64,000 bases of DNA from Macrostomum hystrix (lineage: Eukaryota > Animalia > Platyhelminthes): NCBI GenBank assembly GCA_950097015.1, contig CATNEN010000005.1, positions 3,968,001 to 4,032,000 of the forward strand, given 5' to 3'. The notes below the pieces were generated by a model. The model saw only the letters and a list, made by a program, of their open reading frames with translations. It was not told the DNA's origin and did no database searches. The position numbers were made by a program, and so were the translations under genes. Shown here one piece after another: positions 1-12,900 of this stretch (positions are counted from its first letter, which is position 1; each line of letters opens with the position of its first letter).

Positions 1-669
1 CATGAGCTGTTTTTACACTGAACTGGGAAAAGTGCATGCACTCTCCTATTCATCCGCTTTAGTTTGCTAGGCTAAATTTTAGGGGAGTGAATAAACACTA
101 CATATCTCATCCCATTTTCACGCTCTACGCGGTATTGCATGTAGCACATGATGATGGGATAATTCCCACTTTTACTGTGCTATGGGAAATATCTTGTTAG
201 CTATGCATTTTAAACATGGCTCACAAGCAATGAAATATAGTTGCTCTCACAGAGAATGAAAAAAGTCTAGTTTATCCAAATGCAACGGCTGCAGGGATCA
301 ATGAAATTTCTAGATCTGTTTACAAAAGTGCATAAGTCCAGGTAGTGACAATGGGGCCTAATAGCCCGAACACTCTCCTATAGGTATTAATTTCGTATAT
401 CCGAATTATTAAGTCTATAGCAAAAGAATGACGTCAAAGTCACCCTAAGCAATAAAAGTGCGCCAGCATTGCACACGCTGAGTTCAATTTTAGCTAGCTA
501 TGCCTGTTTAATGGCTTAACACGCTCACTCACTCACATTGCCTCGTGGGAATTCTTATGGAGAGGGCGTCGCTTTCAGCAATAAACTCAACAACAGGGCT
601 CAGGGTTTGTCACATTTCTCCCAGTGTTTCATGCGCAACTAGGACTAACACTTGGCGCATGGGTAATAC

Positions 670-968
<299 letters not shown>

Positions 969-1504
969 CAGTGCCCTTTCCTGTCCGATTTACAATAAAT
1001 CCCTGCTCAATAGTTAGACTCAAATCAGGTTTAGTAAAGACCCGTACGATATTATACGCTAATTCCTGAACTGATCCATGAAGCACGCGATTAAGCTTTG
1101 AGGAAGAAAGAAAAGAAGGAATTATCCCCAGGTATCAATGTCAAAGGAAAGTCGTTGGGTACCCGTGGCTGCTTCAAAACCTGCTCAGAGACCTCAAAGA
1201 GCTCAGAGAAGGCAGCTCCCGGGATGATAGTTAAGCGGCTTTCGTGCGACCTACTTTTTAACTGGATGACACTTTTGACTTCAGTCTCTGGTGTATAAGC
1301 GCCGTAATTAATGCATGCGAAGCCGACTTAATCACAAGTCATGCACGGAAACGCTTAAAAAAATATGGCGAAGCGTCGCAAATGACCGTCACGAGCTTTT
1401 TTTAATTATAGATTGAGGTGGGGAAAAGTACTTCAATTTTAAAATTAATATTTATGAATTTAGCCACATAATTTTTCTATATATCTACATATTATTTGTC
1501 AATT

Positions 1505-1875
1505 CTTCTACATGTCTATCTGCCTATCAATCTACCTATCTATCTAACTATCGCCTGTCTACCAACCTATCTACCTACCTATCTACCTGTCTACCAACTT
1601 ATCTATCAATCTATCTACATGTCTACCAACCTATCTATCTATTTATCTAGCTCGTACCTATCTATATAACTGTCTATCTACCTGTCTATCTACATATCTA
1701 TTCACCTATCTAATGACCTGTTTATTTAACTGTCTATCTACCTATCTATCTACATATCTATTCACCTATCTAATGACCTGTTTATTTAACTGTCTATCTA
1801 CTTATCTAACAATTTTCTATCAAACTATTTAACTACTTACTATCTACCGATCTTTCTACCGATCTAACTACCTAC
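1505..1875. repeat. Degenerate (TATC)n-derived low-complexity region
   Basis: Diverged ctatc/tatct units, plus a duplicated block of about 60 bp (tacatatctattcacctatctaatgacctgtttatttaactgtctatctac) near 1691 and 1751. Confidence 0.8.
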
Positions 1876-2934
1876 ATAATTATCAGTTACCACTCTGAAG
1901 ACTTAGCTTCTACTCCTATCTAGTCCCAGTTTTCAATCCAGTCCCGGCAATTATCGATGTCAACAACTGCTGTGGACCAGATAAGGATGATTATAACAAC
2001 TAATTAGACAACTGCCCTAGAATTTCCTTCTATTTTCTAACTAGTACAATGCTTATAAGTGTATTTTATAAGTGCACTTTTACCTTTTACTTAAGCGGAT
2101 GACAGTCCAATTGAATGATTTTAGCAATTTACTTTCGACAAAAAAGTAGTTCTAGAGATATTTTTCTTGTCTGATTCTGCTGTTACGCCAGTTTTAACTC
2201 TGTGTAACTAGCTAATTAGATTAGTTGACAGATAGGATTTGCGTCATTCGAACTAAACCTAGGTACGCTGGCTCAGAATCTGCATAGTATGAGGAAGCCT
2301 TTGTAGCTATTTGTACTTTTGTAGATTCATTTGAATTTCTTATTATCGTTCCACCTTTGAATCTCTTTGACCCAATCTCATTGTATCACATAATCAATCC
2401 GTGCCTCACTAAATCTCTCTTCATCATCTCACCCAACACACACTTTGTGCTCAGCCACTTATTATATCTGACTATCTCCCTAGTCTAAGTCTTCGCTAAA
2501 CGATTAAAATGTGTGCATTTTCTGTCTCGTGTTAATGTTCTTTAGAAACACATTTTTCCAACCGACTCACTCACCCCTCACCTAAAGCCATCCATACTCG
2601 TAAATTTGAGTTGAGAGAATTAATTTTGCTCTGAAAGTCGGACAGATTTTCTCTAAAATCCCCATTAGGCAAATCCCACCCAGAAAGATTTTTGCAGCAT
2701 CCCATAAGAGCCAATAATCCACGGAAAATTTAACTCTCTTGGCTCACCTCGGCCTCGCACTAGCTACGCCTGACGCGAAAAAAAGTTTTTAACAGTCAAT
2801 TATAGCGTTCAAGCACTATACGTCCTACTAGCAGTAGCCTAAATCGAAAACAATCTACAAATTAAAAATAAAAAATACGTGGCTAATATATTAGATGCCC
2901 TGCTATATTAATAATAATGATGGTTGGTCGTTGG

Positions 2935-3150
2935 TCGCTGTTTGCCTCTCGCACCAATGTCCCTAAGCTCGATTACACGGCGAGGCCACATTAAATTGGG
3001 CGCAGCTGCGGAGAGAAGGCTTGGGGGCTTGTCGTGCAATTTACGCCCTTGAGGGCCAACCTTCAAGGCACAGTTGAAAGTGTACACTGCCTGACGATGA
3101 GAAAGTCAGGGCAGATGTACACACCTGTGTGAGTGTGTGCTCATGAGTAT
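2935..3150 (+). mobile_element. tRNA-derived SINE family S1, partial copy
   Basis: Matches the family body (gctcgatt..cggcgaggccacatt...ccttgagggccaaccttcaagg...ctgacgatgagaaagtcagggcagatgtacac) seen in full at 53664. Confidence 0.85.
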
Positions 3151-3903
3151 GATTAATCCCCGTGCAATATACGCAGGTGTTTTTGGTGAATTTTTTGACT
3201 GATTAACGTTTAGCGAACTTGAGAAATAAAGAGGAATTAAAAAGACAAGAGTATACGTTAAAATGTACAGTATGGATGCAAACTACTAGTAGTATGATAT
3301 TTTAAAACTAGAAAGAAAAATTGTCGCTAAACAAATCGTGTGTCTCTCTCTTTCACCTTTGGGTCACGTATTTTCGTTTTCGCTGGAGGGATAGATTTTT
3401 TGTTACAATCAGGTATAGCTCGTAGCACTGGTAAAAAAAGGATAGTCGAAAAAAAGGAAATCTGTCTGACTGGCTACGCAGTAGTCATTGACAACCACAC
3501 GCCTCTCCGATTTCCAGAGAGGCCAAAAGTAGGGCTGTACTATAGCTATAGGCCCTTGCAGTAGAGCAGCATTAGATCAATAATTCACGGCTTCTATGAA
3601 GGCTGACCAACCAAATAAGCACGTTTACAATCAGCTGTGTAGGTAGCATGCAGAGTTCAAAGACAGAAACGTCAACCTGGCCAATACGCAGGCAGTGACG
3701 TCCTACTTTCATCAATCTCATCCAACAAGGAGAATTTTTTAACTTCCTTCCCTTTTATATCTTTCAATGTTCTCAACGCTTTCTGGATTCTGTGTGATTT
3801 TTTCTGATTGTGTTTGATCTCACCGTAGTCCCACAAGCGATAGAGGTCTCTGCTGCGCTGTCACAACGGATTGAATAATATTAAGCTTCTGTACAAAGCA
3901 GAG

Positions 3904-6900
3904 ATGCAACCGCACATTGTGGTGCAGAAGACTAGCTCCTCACCCAGCACTCTGCACCAGGCGGCTGTGCTAGCCAGATTTCGTCGTGTGCACTTCTTGA
4001 GAAAGCGGAGCATTTCAGCTCCCGTGCCGCCGCGTCGAAGTCCGGGATGCGCGACGCTTTTGTCAAACGGGACATTGTGGAGTGCTGACTGCGCCGACAG
4101 GTGAGAAAGATGAGTTGACATCGAACCAAGGTAGCTGGGCTCGATCCCAAATAACAGTAGATCTACCAATGAGGACGGGGAAATTCCCCCTGACAAGTTT
4201 TTGTGCTGCATCCGAGCGGAGCAACGTAAGCACACAAAACTCAAGATGACGGGCCAACTTTTTGTTGCGCATCTTCTGAAACTAGAATCAAGTCCCCAGC
4301 TCTTCAAAACGTCGAGATATTCAATGATTCTGGCCGAAGGTCAGATTTTTTCCATAAGCGCAAGTGTATTTCATACACTTCTATACACGAATTAGCACTG
4401 CGCCTCAGCGCGGCCTTGCGAGGCCTTCAAAATTTATCCGCATGTCACCCGAATGTGCCTGCATCATCTCCGTGTTCGGTGGTCACCTACCTTTATCTAG
4501 ATGGAGCTGCAGGACCTTCAAGGGCTTCAACAGGTGACAGTAGCTGAATATGGACACCCTGACGCGAATTTCTCCATTTTTACTCATTAACACCAAATAT
4601 TAGGCGCAGTTTAACCACAGGACACCATCGCCTAGTCTGTCAACCAATCAGTCACCACCCAACGCTGTTTGCAAATTGACTTGTCTTGTCATCTACTTGT
4701 ACTTTTGGTGTCTGCTTAAGCACAACCACTGAGGTTGAAGAGAAGTTTATCTAGCTCGTGCATCATATTTTATTTTTTCTTGGTAGCTTTTCAGTCGATA
4801 AGTCTTAGCGATACCTTTGTACTGGCGCTTTAGTTAACAGATTGTGTGGGTCAAAATAAAGCTCGGTATGCATGAGTAAAATGAGCCTTGACTTATATCA
4901 CTTGACTTGGATGTAGTGACTAGAGGGTTTTTTCAACGATTAGCCAAGCTTGTCATAGCGAGCTCCACCCAAATATTAATCCTCGAATCTAGCTGTTCAT
5001 GTTTCATGTTCTAGTCTTGCCATATTTTTTCTCGCTTGATTCCCTTGGCACGCTCGCGACATGAGCTTCATTCAATAATCCTACCGCCTTCCCATTGCTT
5101 GCGCTCGTCTCTCTAGCTTTTTCCATCTCCAATCTTTCTAGCCTTGCCTATTGTGTCCGATGTACGGGCCTAGTTCGTCACGCGAAAACACCTGCAATCT
5201 CTTTCTTCCGCCTTATATAACCCCCGCATTGGGCGACTGAGTCTATCTAGATTCAACCCATCGAGCATCAGTCCTGGTCTATTATCTTGCTAGCATCTCC
5301 GATCACATGCTGACGCCTAGAAAAAGATTTCTCTTACGAACGTCTACCGTGAGCTTGTCGCGCTTGACTCAGCAGGGAAAACGCGGCGGTGGCACTTCCA
5401 GTTGTGGCAGATTTTTCGCCAGCGGATTATCCGACTGGGAACGGAGCGGAAGGTACCGGACATTGCTTTGGTCTCTGACTGATTGATTTCTTTGAGACTG
5501 ACAATAGTTTTATCATTAAGTTTGGTAGCTTCCACAGGGTCCGACTCTCCTATCAAAGTCATGAGCTCGATTCCGCAGCGTGGCCACATTCGTTTAGGTA
5601 TTGAGTCGTCTAGAGAGGGCTTTAGGGGCTTGTCATGCAATTTCTGCTCACAATAGATTGCGCTCAGGAGTCAACTGAGCGGAATGATTGCCTCCTCCCC
5701 TGGTTGAGGGTTGACTGTCCAATTAATGTAAGTGCTTACAGCCCCTCCAAATGTTGCTGTTACTATGGCTAGTGCAAGCGTTTAATATCTCGAAAACCAG
5801 ATGCGGCTCAGCCCCGAAATCAATCCCGATTTGAATAGGTAAAAATGATTACGTTCTATCTGCAACTAGACCTACGGCTGATACAATTAAAGTAATTAAG
5901 AATTAGCTTATCCAGTTCAAAGATTCTTGTTTCGAAGGTCTGAATTCATTTTCGAAGATTGGCTTCTTTTTCAGCCTTGCTAATTATTTCCACCAAATTT
6001 CAACATTCCTTTGATTATGCCTAATAATCAGTAGCAGAGAGCAATTATGTTCGTATGTCATGCGATTCTTTCGCTTGGTCAAGTTTTCTAAGGCTTGTAG
6101 GATCCGTCAGACTAATATTTCCACAAATAGCGAGAAACTATACTAATGAATCAATTAGTAAATATAGCCTCACCACCGACGCTCGAATAGTGAACAAAGT
6201 TGCAAATATGGTACGGAAGAGTCTGTCTGAATGCATGATTGCTCCTTTTAACACTCAGTTGTAACTATAAGGACGCGTGCAAGACTGACGCGTGGCGACT
6301 AACCCATTTTTTTACTAATAGGATGATTCTCTCTTCGTGAAATTCAACTTGACCTCTATTGGCTCTCTGTTTTGGCAGCTCTAACTTTCACGGGAAAACA
6401 AGTTTTTTCTGGTTAGTGTACATTCTCGTATATTAAACATTGGATCTTTTTCTCGAAAATACTTTATCACTTATGTTTATGCTTTTTCAATTTTATTACA
6501 AAACATTGACACATTTAGCTACTTTCCAATGTTACTTTACTAGGAAAAAATTACATTTTTGGTATCCTAGGTCCTTGGGTTTTTTTAATGCAGCGGAAAG
6601 TATCCATATAGTTTTTCTCGTCATGTTCGTGCCTTTTCGCAGCCATTTACTTCATTGTTACAAATTGCAGGCACGATGAATCGAAAATTCAGGACATGCT
6701 TGTTAGTTTAGCAGTAGAAAGCCCACATTGGTATTTCAAATGCCCACGTTCTTTTCTTTCGGTCTCTCCTAAAATATTCTCCCAAACGGCATAAAAATCC
6801 AGAACAAGGGCTGAAATTTCCGCTGCATCCGATGAAACAAGTTCCAGAATCACAAAAACTCGGCATCGCCGAGATAGTCAACGATTGTCGTCGGGGGATG

Positions 6901-9900
6901 ACTGGTGGCAAAAACCACCAATATAGGTATATTTTTTCTGCTCATACGATTTCGTATCGGCTCCACAAACTACGTCAAATCAGTACAGGACCTTTGTTCC
7001 CAGCATCCCAGTCACCAGGGTCTTCTTCATCATCGAATGGAGCATTAGCGACGACGGTCGGGACCTCAATGACGACTGCATTCCCAAGGCTGAAATTGAA
7101 TATCCTCTTCTGCCTGTCTTCCGTCAGGAGACAGTGAAATAGAACAAAGGTCTCTAGGACAGACGGACTCAAACAAAAATGGATAGAGGTTTAAACAGAG
7201 CAATGTTGGTTTTCCTTGTCTCCAGGTTCTTCGACAAGAATCACTGAATATCTCGACTATGCTGACGTCGGACAGCTTTGAAATTTAGTTTATCGTAAAG
7301 GGCGGGGAAAAATTTGATCCATAAGATGGACTTTCACGAAAATCTGTCATTCAGTTTGGGCGCAATCGCGATGTAGGCAGTGGGTATTTAAAATACAACC
7401 ATGGTATTTCCCCAATGGGTAAAATAGCGTGATCTTTCTACTGTTAAAAGCTTATTTTTAACTGGATAGAAAAGCAAATTGAGCATATTGATTGCGCTGT
7501 GTGAGTTAAACTATCGCTCTACTAATAGAAAACCTGGCTAAATTGCATTCAGCTATTGTGTACACGCGTAGTACAACAAGAAACGACTTAAGCCACCAAA
7601 GCTGCTGTTCACACCAGCAACGTGGCAACCAATGAGAAGCGCGGGCTCTCTTTCCAACTCGGACTATTCACCAAGGAAGAACTATATCGAGCGACCATTT
7701 GAGGGAACTCCTCTAGCTAACCCAAGTTTCAAACTTGCCTGAAATGAAATAGCTACCAAATTGTACAGTTGGACTACTACTGCATTAGTCTAGAACTATG
7801 AGCCTAACGCCGCTACCTGAAGGCATTGAAGCGACCACCGATGCAGCTGGAGTGACGGAATGGACTGAAACAGAGGAACTGCCACCAGAGGAGGTGGTTC
7901 AGTACGAGACTGCAGTGATTCCCACGGCCAGTGGAGACATCACTGTCACTAAAAAGACCACCAGAAGACGCCGGGTTAAGATAGTGAAAAACGTACAACA
8001 GTCGATGGTACCATTGTCCAGCGTGGCTAATCGCAATGCTGTGGTGACGTCCAGTATTCTGAAGGTCACACGAACCAGACAGCTTGTAGGGTTGGTTAAT
8101 TCGTTACTCGCTTTGCTGCATCAGCAATGTCCGATAGAATTTGTAGTTATGTTAGCAATATGGCTTTCTCAATTGTTGTAATTAAGAACATTTATTTAAG
8201 CTCTGTCAAGTTTGTTTAAGCTTTTCGAGATTTTAATAAAATTCCATCTAGCGCCACAGTTCTTTCCTCAGAATGCTTATTCTAATCATTTCTGAGCTGG
8301 GGTGTCATTTCTTAAGATGAAGGTGCTATTTTCTAATCTGTGGTGTCATGTCTGAGCTGTAGGTTTGAACTCACCAACAGACACGATGAGCAGCGAGACG
8401 GTCAGGCCCATGGCTAGACAGTCTGCTACAAAAAATAAAAATTTTTCTTATGCTAGCAATATGGCTTTTGCAATTTATAATATTAAAAAAACCTTTTAAA
8501 AAGTCTTTTAACGTTTTTAGCAAGAAATTTTAAGCAAATTCCATCCAACGCCACAGTTGTTCCTCAGAACTTTGCGCAGCAACAGCCCAGGGATTTGAAC
8601 TATCCATCAATCACATGCAATCTGAAAGCTTTTGCAAGGGCTCTGGCCCAAGTACTGCCAGTAGAGTTATTCCAAGTTTTATGCGGCCAGAGGGCGAGCT
8701 TGCCCTATAGTGTCGTCCTAGGAATTTTCCTCGGCAGATTTTCTGAAATCTTGCGAGCCGCCCGGGGGAGTTTGACGACTTAAGCCTCATCGATTTCCCC
8801 GCCCACCCTGATCGGATTATGCCCGCGAGAAGCGGAGTTGTGGAACCCGATATCCTGATGGCGGGGCATGCAATTGCTCTTCTCCTTGATAAGCGGAGCC
8901 GATCTATCACTGAGCGAGATGCCTTTCATAGCAAACTATGAACAGAAGAATCCGAGCTCAGCATTTCGTCTCGGGTTAGAATTGCATTCAATTTCTTCCA
9001 GTTCCACTGTCCTGATACGCATTTTAAAGAACTTTACTTTTTTTCCACTTCCTCCTGCAAATATTTTCGAATGCTTTTTTAGATCAATGTCATCGAGAAC
9101 AAGTGGTGTCAAAAACAATTCGTTGTTTTGAACAACTTTTGTTCTCGAGACGAAACAATTCATATATATTTTTTTATATATAAAGAAAATCCGGGAATCT
9201 GTGTTTTTTTAACGCATAAAAATCAGTTTTTGTTTATTTTTATATACGCTAGTAGATTAATTGGCGAGACATTGTTGGGCCATGTGTATCGACATAGCTA
9301 TTGCGTAGCACTTTCAAAGAACTGGGTGAATCGATACACTGAGTGCCTTGCTCAGTAAAACTTATTAATATTCCCCACTTTTCCATTATAACTACCAACA
9401 GTTTCGATGAAAATGCTGCCCAGAGACCGGATGGCCATCCTCCGGGAGGCCTGGTGTTGCACCATCTGCCGCATCAGAGGCGCGAGTCCTTCCTCTATCG
9501 CTCGGATTCGGACTTCGACGTGTCACCAAAAACGTCGCGTCACTCCTCTCTAGCGAGCGATTTGTAAGTTACTCTTTGCGCAAAAATGCTTTACACACTA
9601 CTGTTAGTGGAAATCTACGATACGAGAACGCCAGAAGAGAATCGAAATATTTTTTACTAAATTTGCGTCGTATGTATCAGGAAAAAATCATATACTCTAA
9701 TTCGACCAGTAATTCGACTTTGTAAGTATTTCTTACTTGAAACGAAACGAGACTATACAAATGTCCTTACACATAACTAAGTAGTAGAACTAAGTAGAAA
9801 CGTTTTTTTATTGAAGGGAATCCATTGGTTAAAAAGATAGTATATAATGATACGAGTAAAGATAAAATCAACTGCTATTATCTCAAAACATTTCTGCTTC

Positions 9901-12900
9901 AAAACCGATACACTCTTTGTATATATCTGGGAAATTATCTTTCCAGCAAGAATGAAATCGATTTTTTTGTGGGAAAATGTCAGCTGTCTAAAATTTCTCA
10001 CTTATCAAACCTTTGGCTTTGATCTCTTTTCTGCTCCATTTGCTTCCGTGTCACTTGTCCGCCGAATTTCACTTTTGAAATTAGAAAATTTCGTTCGATT
10101 AAAAAGCAATTTATTTTCTTGGCCTGTTCTCTCGACTTTCATTATTTCTAACTTCGTCAATTTTTTTCCTCACTAAAACTCTTCGAGGCTGTGATTTCAC
10201 TCATTCTTGAGCCAATGTCATGGCCAACTCACTTTCGCTTTCCATTTAGGTTGAGAAAAAACGACGTGCAGCTTTTCTAAAGGAATTTCTCATTCTCTTT
10301 ACGGAGAAGTAATGGGAATTCGGTGCTAGAGTTTTTTTATAAGTTTCTTTCTTTTTTCACTCGTCTTTTTCTTGCTTTGCCTTCCTGCTCGCCCCGTCCC
10401 GGACTTGCTTCGTCGCTAACCACCTTTGCTTAACCGAATTCCCTTGTCCAGGAGTCGTCTTCCTTCGCTTTCGGACCCTGGAGACGAGGCTAGTCGCTAG
10501 GCTGGTTATAAGAGCATACCAAACCTCCTCTACTCCTTGGGATGGCAGTGGAACAGGAAAACGGTGACGCCGTAATCCAAGCGGCTTCTCTCTGTCTGAA
10601 AAGGAAATAGAATGGGAATTTGACTGGACCAGTACATTTTCATTTGCGACTACAGTGGATGCCGAGCAGCCTGGCTGGCTCTGGAACAAGAAAAAAACAT
10701 GCCAGGCAGAGCTCCCCCGTTCTCGATCTTGCCAAACACAACTAAATGTCAGTCTGTCAATGACGCACGTGCAGACTGCTACATTTATTCACACCCAAGC
10801 CCCCACTCTATGTCTCTCGCACACAACTACACACAACTATGTCCCAGTTTCTGCTCCTTCCTCAACCCTGTCTTCATCTCCCAATATTAGCGTGGGGTAC
10901 AGTCTGCAAAGGGATGAAGACTTGGGCAGCGAAGCAGAGATGAAGCAAGAATCTGTTCAGGCCTAGAAATCCTGGCTCAATCAGCGGGCAGGCATCTCTC
11001 CTCACTCCCTTTCCTCTCTTTTCTCTGTAGCGTCGATCGGATTCTGGTTCCCGTTCTGCTCATCGCTGCTCCCCAAATGCACCCCAGTGCCCTCTCCCTG
11101 TCCTTGTCATGGTTCTCTCACACACACACACCGGTTCTCAAGCCCACACATCCATGCTACTCCCTCCATCCCACTCTGATAAGTGGACTGCTTGTCCGTC
11201 GATCGATCGAATCAATATTATAGCATGTATGCGGCTGCGCGCCCTTTTTGTAAGCGCGGATGTGTCAGAGAGCTACATTCACCAATGCGTAATGATGCAC
11301 TCACTAATCCTCTTGTTTCTGGTTCCCTACGCAAATAATTTGCGTTGTTGCATGTCGGGGCCGATTTTTCTTTTTTTTTTTACTCGAATTCTTTGACGCG
11401 AAATAGGTGAAAGATGGGATGCAAAATATTAGAGACGGAAGTTCATATTCTTCATAATTTTAAGGAATAAAATACTTCACTCGGGATTTGCAGTGCTTGG
11501 AGTAGTACACAGATGCCTAGCGCGATACGCCATTAAGAGGGGAATAATGCTCTGAGAAGTTTTCAGCTGCGGCACCATTTGAATTTTACCCTCTCTGCTT
11601 CTCTATTCCGTCCACCTTAGTCGTCTCTCTTCCTATCCTGCAGCAGCGGCGGCAGCTTATCGCTCAGCTCAGCAAAGAGCCGCATAATCTGCCTGGTATT
11701 GCTTCTTCACTGGTCGAATCCAGTTCCCGTCGAGGTGAAGAGGCACCACCAATCTTTTTTTAATCCACCTTCACTCATCCCACGTCGGGCAAAAAAGGCG
11801 AGCCATCGAGTGAGCGAGGGAAACACGGCCGCATACAGGCAAAATTATTTTCCTCTCCGCTATCCACCTACTGCTCTTCCTTTTTTCCTTGCCCTTCATT
11901 CATTTTTTCGTGTGAACTTTCTGCATCGATGCCGCTTTGAAAGACCGCTTTCATCCAAGGGAAGTTAATTTTTGTGTATTTGCTAGAGAGTATTGCACGG
12001 CTCCAGTGCCGGACACTCCGCTTACTCTATAAGTTAATTCTTTTCTACCGTTATAATAAAAGAGATATACTCGTAAGTAGAGAAAAAAAGCGGCAAGAGG
12101 GTGAGATGAGGTCGGGTGGAGGTGGGTTTAGCTGAGTGGACCGGGCCCCCGTGAATCCGGACTGGTTGCTGGGCCAGGATCCAGCCATAACCGACGTCAG
12201 ACAGTTGCGCCACACGGATAGGCTTCACTCTTTGGCCAGAGGACCAAGCGCTTCCAGCCCTCCCCCAATTTCTCTCTAACCCGTCCTTCTCCCACGCGCG
12301 TCTCTCGCTCTGTCCGAACGATTTACCGTAGCTCCTCTTTCAGGAGAGAGAGCGCCAAGAGGGAAAGAAGAGAATTATAGGCTCCTTATCGGATTGACGT
12401 CACGCGGCGCTTCGACGCTATTCAGTTTGAGATTACACCCAAGCGGTATCTGGACTAGAAGAACAAGAATACGGCAGCTAAGGTGGCAGCAACGGCAGTC
12501 CACGTTCTTCTAGATCCCCGAAAGACAACAATTTAGCTTCCTCATTAGCGGCTACAGTCAAGCGCTTTGGCCTTCCCTAGCTGGGTCTATCTGTTATTGT
12601 CAATCCTTTTTCGACGCCCTGCCTCTCCACCCGTCTTTTTGCTTTAAATTTTAGTTCGAGAGCCGCTCCGCTTATTCGAGTGTAACTTTTTTCTCTTGGC
12701 TGTCTTCTCCGATTATCTTGTATTCACCGTTTTATCACCGCTCAAAAAGAGGGTACCAAGCCTGGCCTCCTTCTATCTGTCTTTTTCTCTAGCTTTTTTG
12801 GTCCACATCTGTAATTCAACTCTGCCCACAAAATTCGTGCGGGGACAACAAACTGCGTGCCAACAATGGGGCCGCTACAGTTTCTAGGGTTGCTGAATTC

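Noticed and set aside
5140-5420. TATA-containing segment resembling an LTR or promoter
   Set aside because: No second copy, no clear TG...CA boundaries and no primer-binding site in the window.
8150-8575. Diverged local duplication of about 120 bp (8150-8275 and 8455-8570)
   Set aside because: AT-rich, with no recognisable termini or function. Likely an old small repeat.
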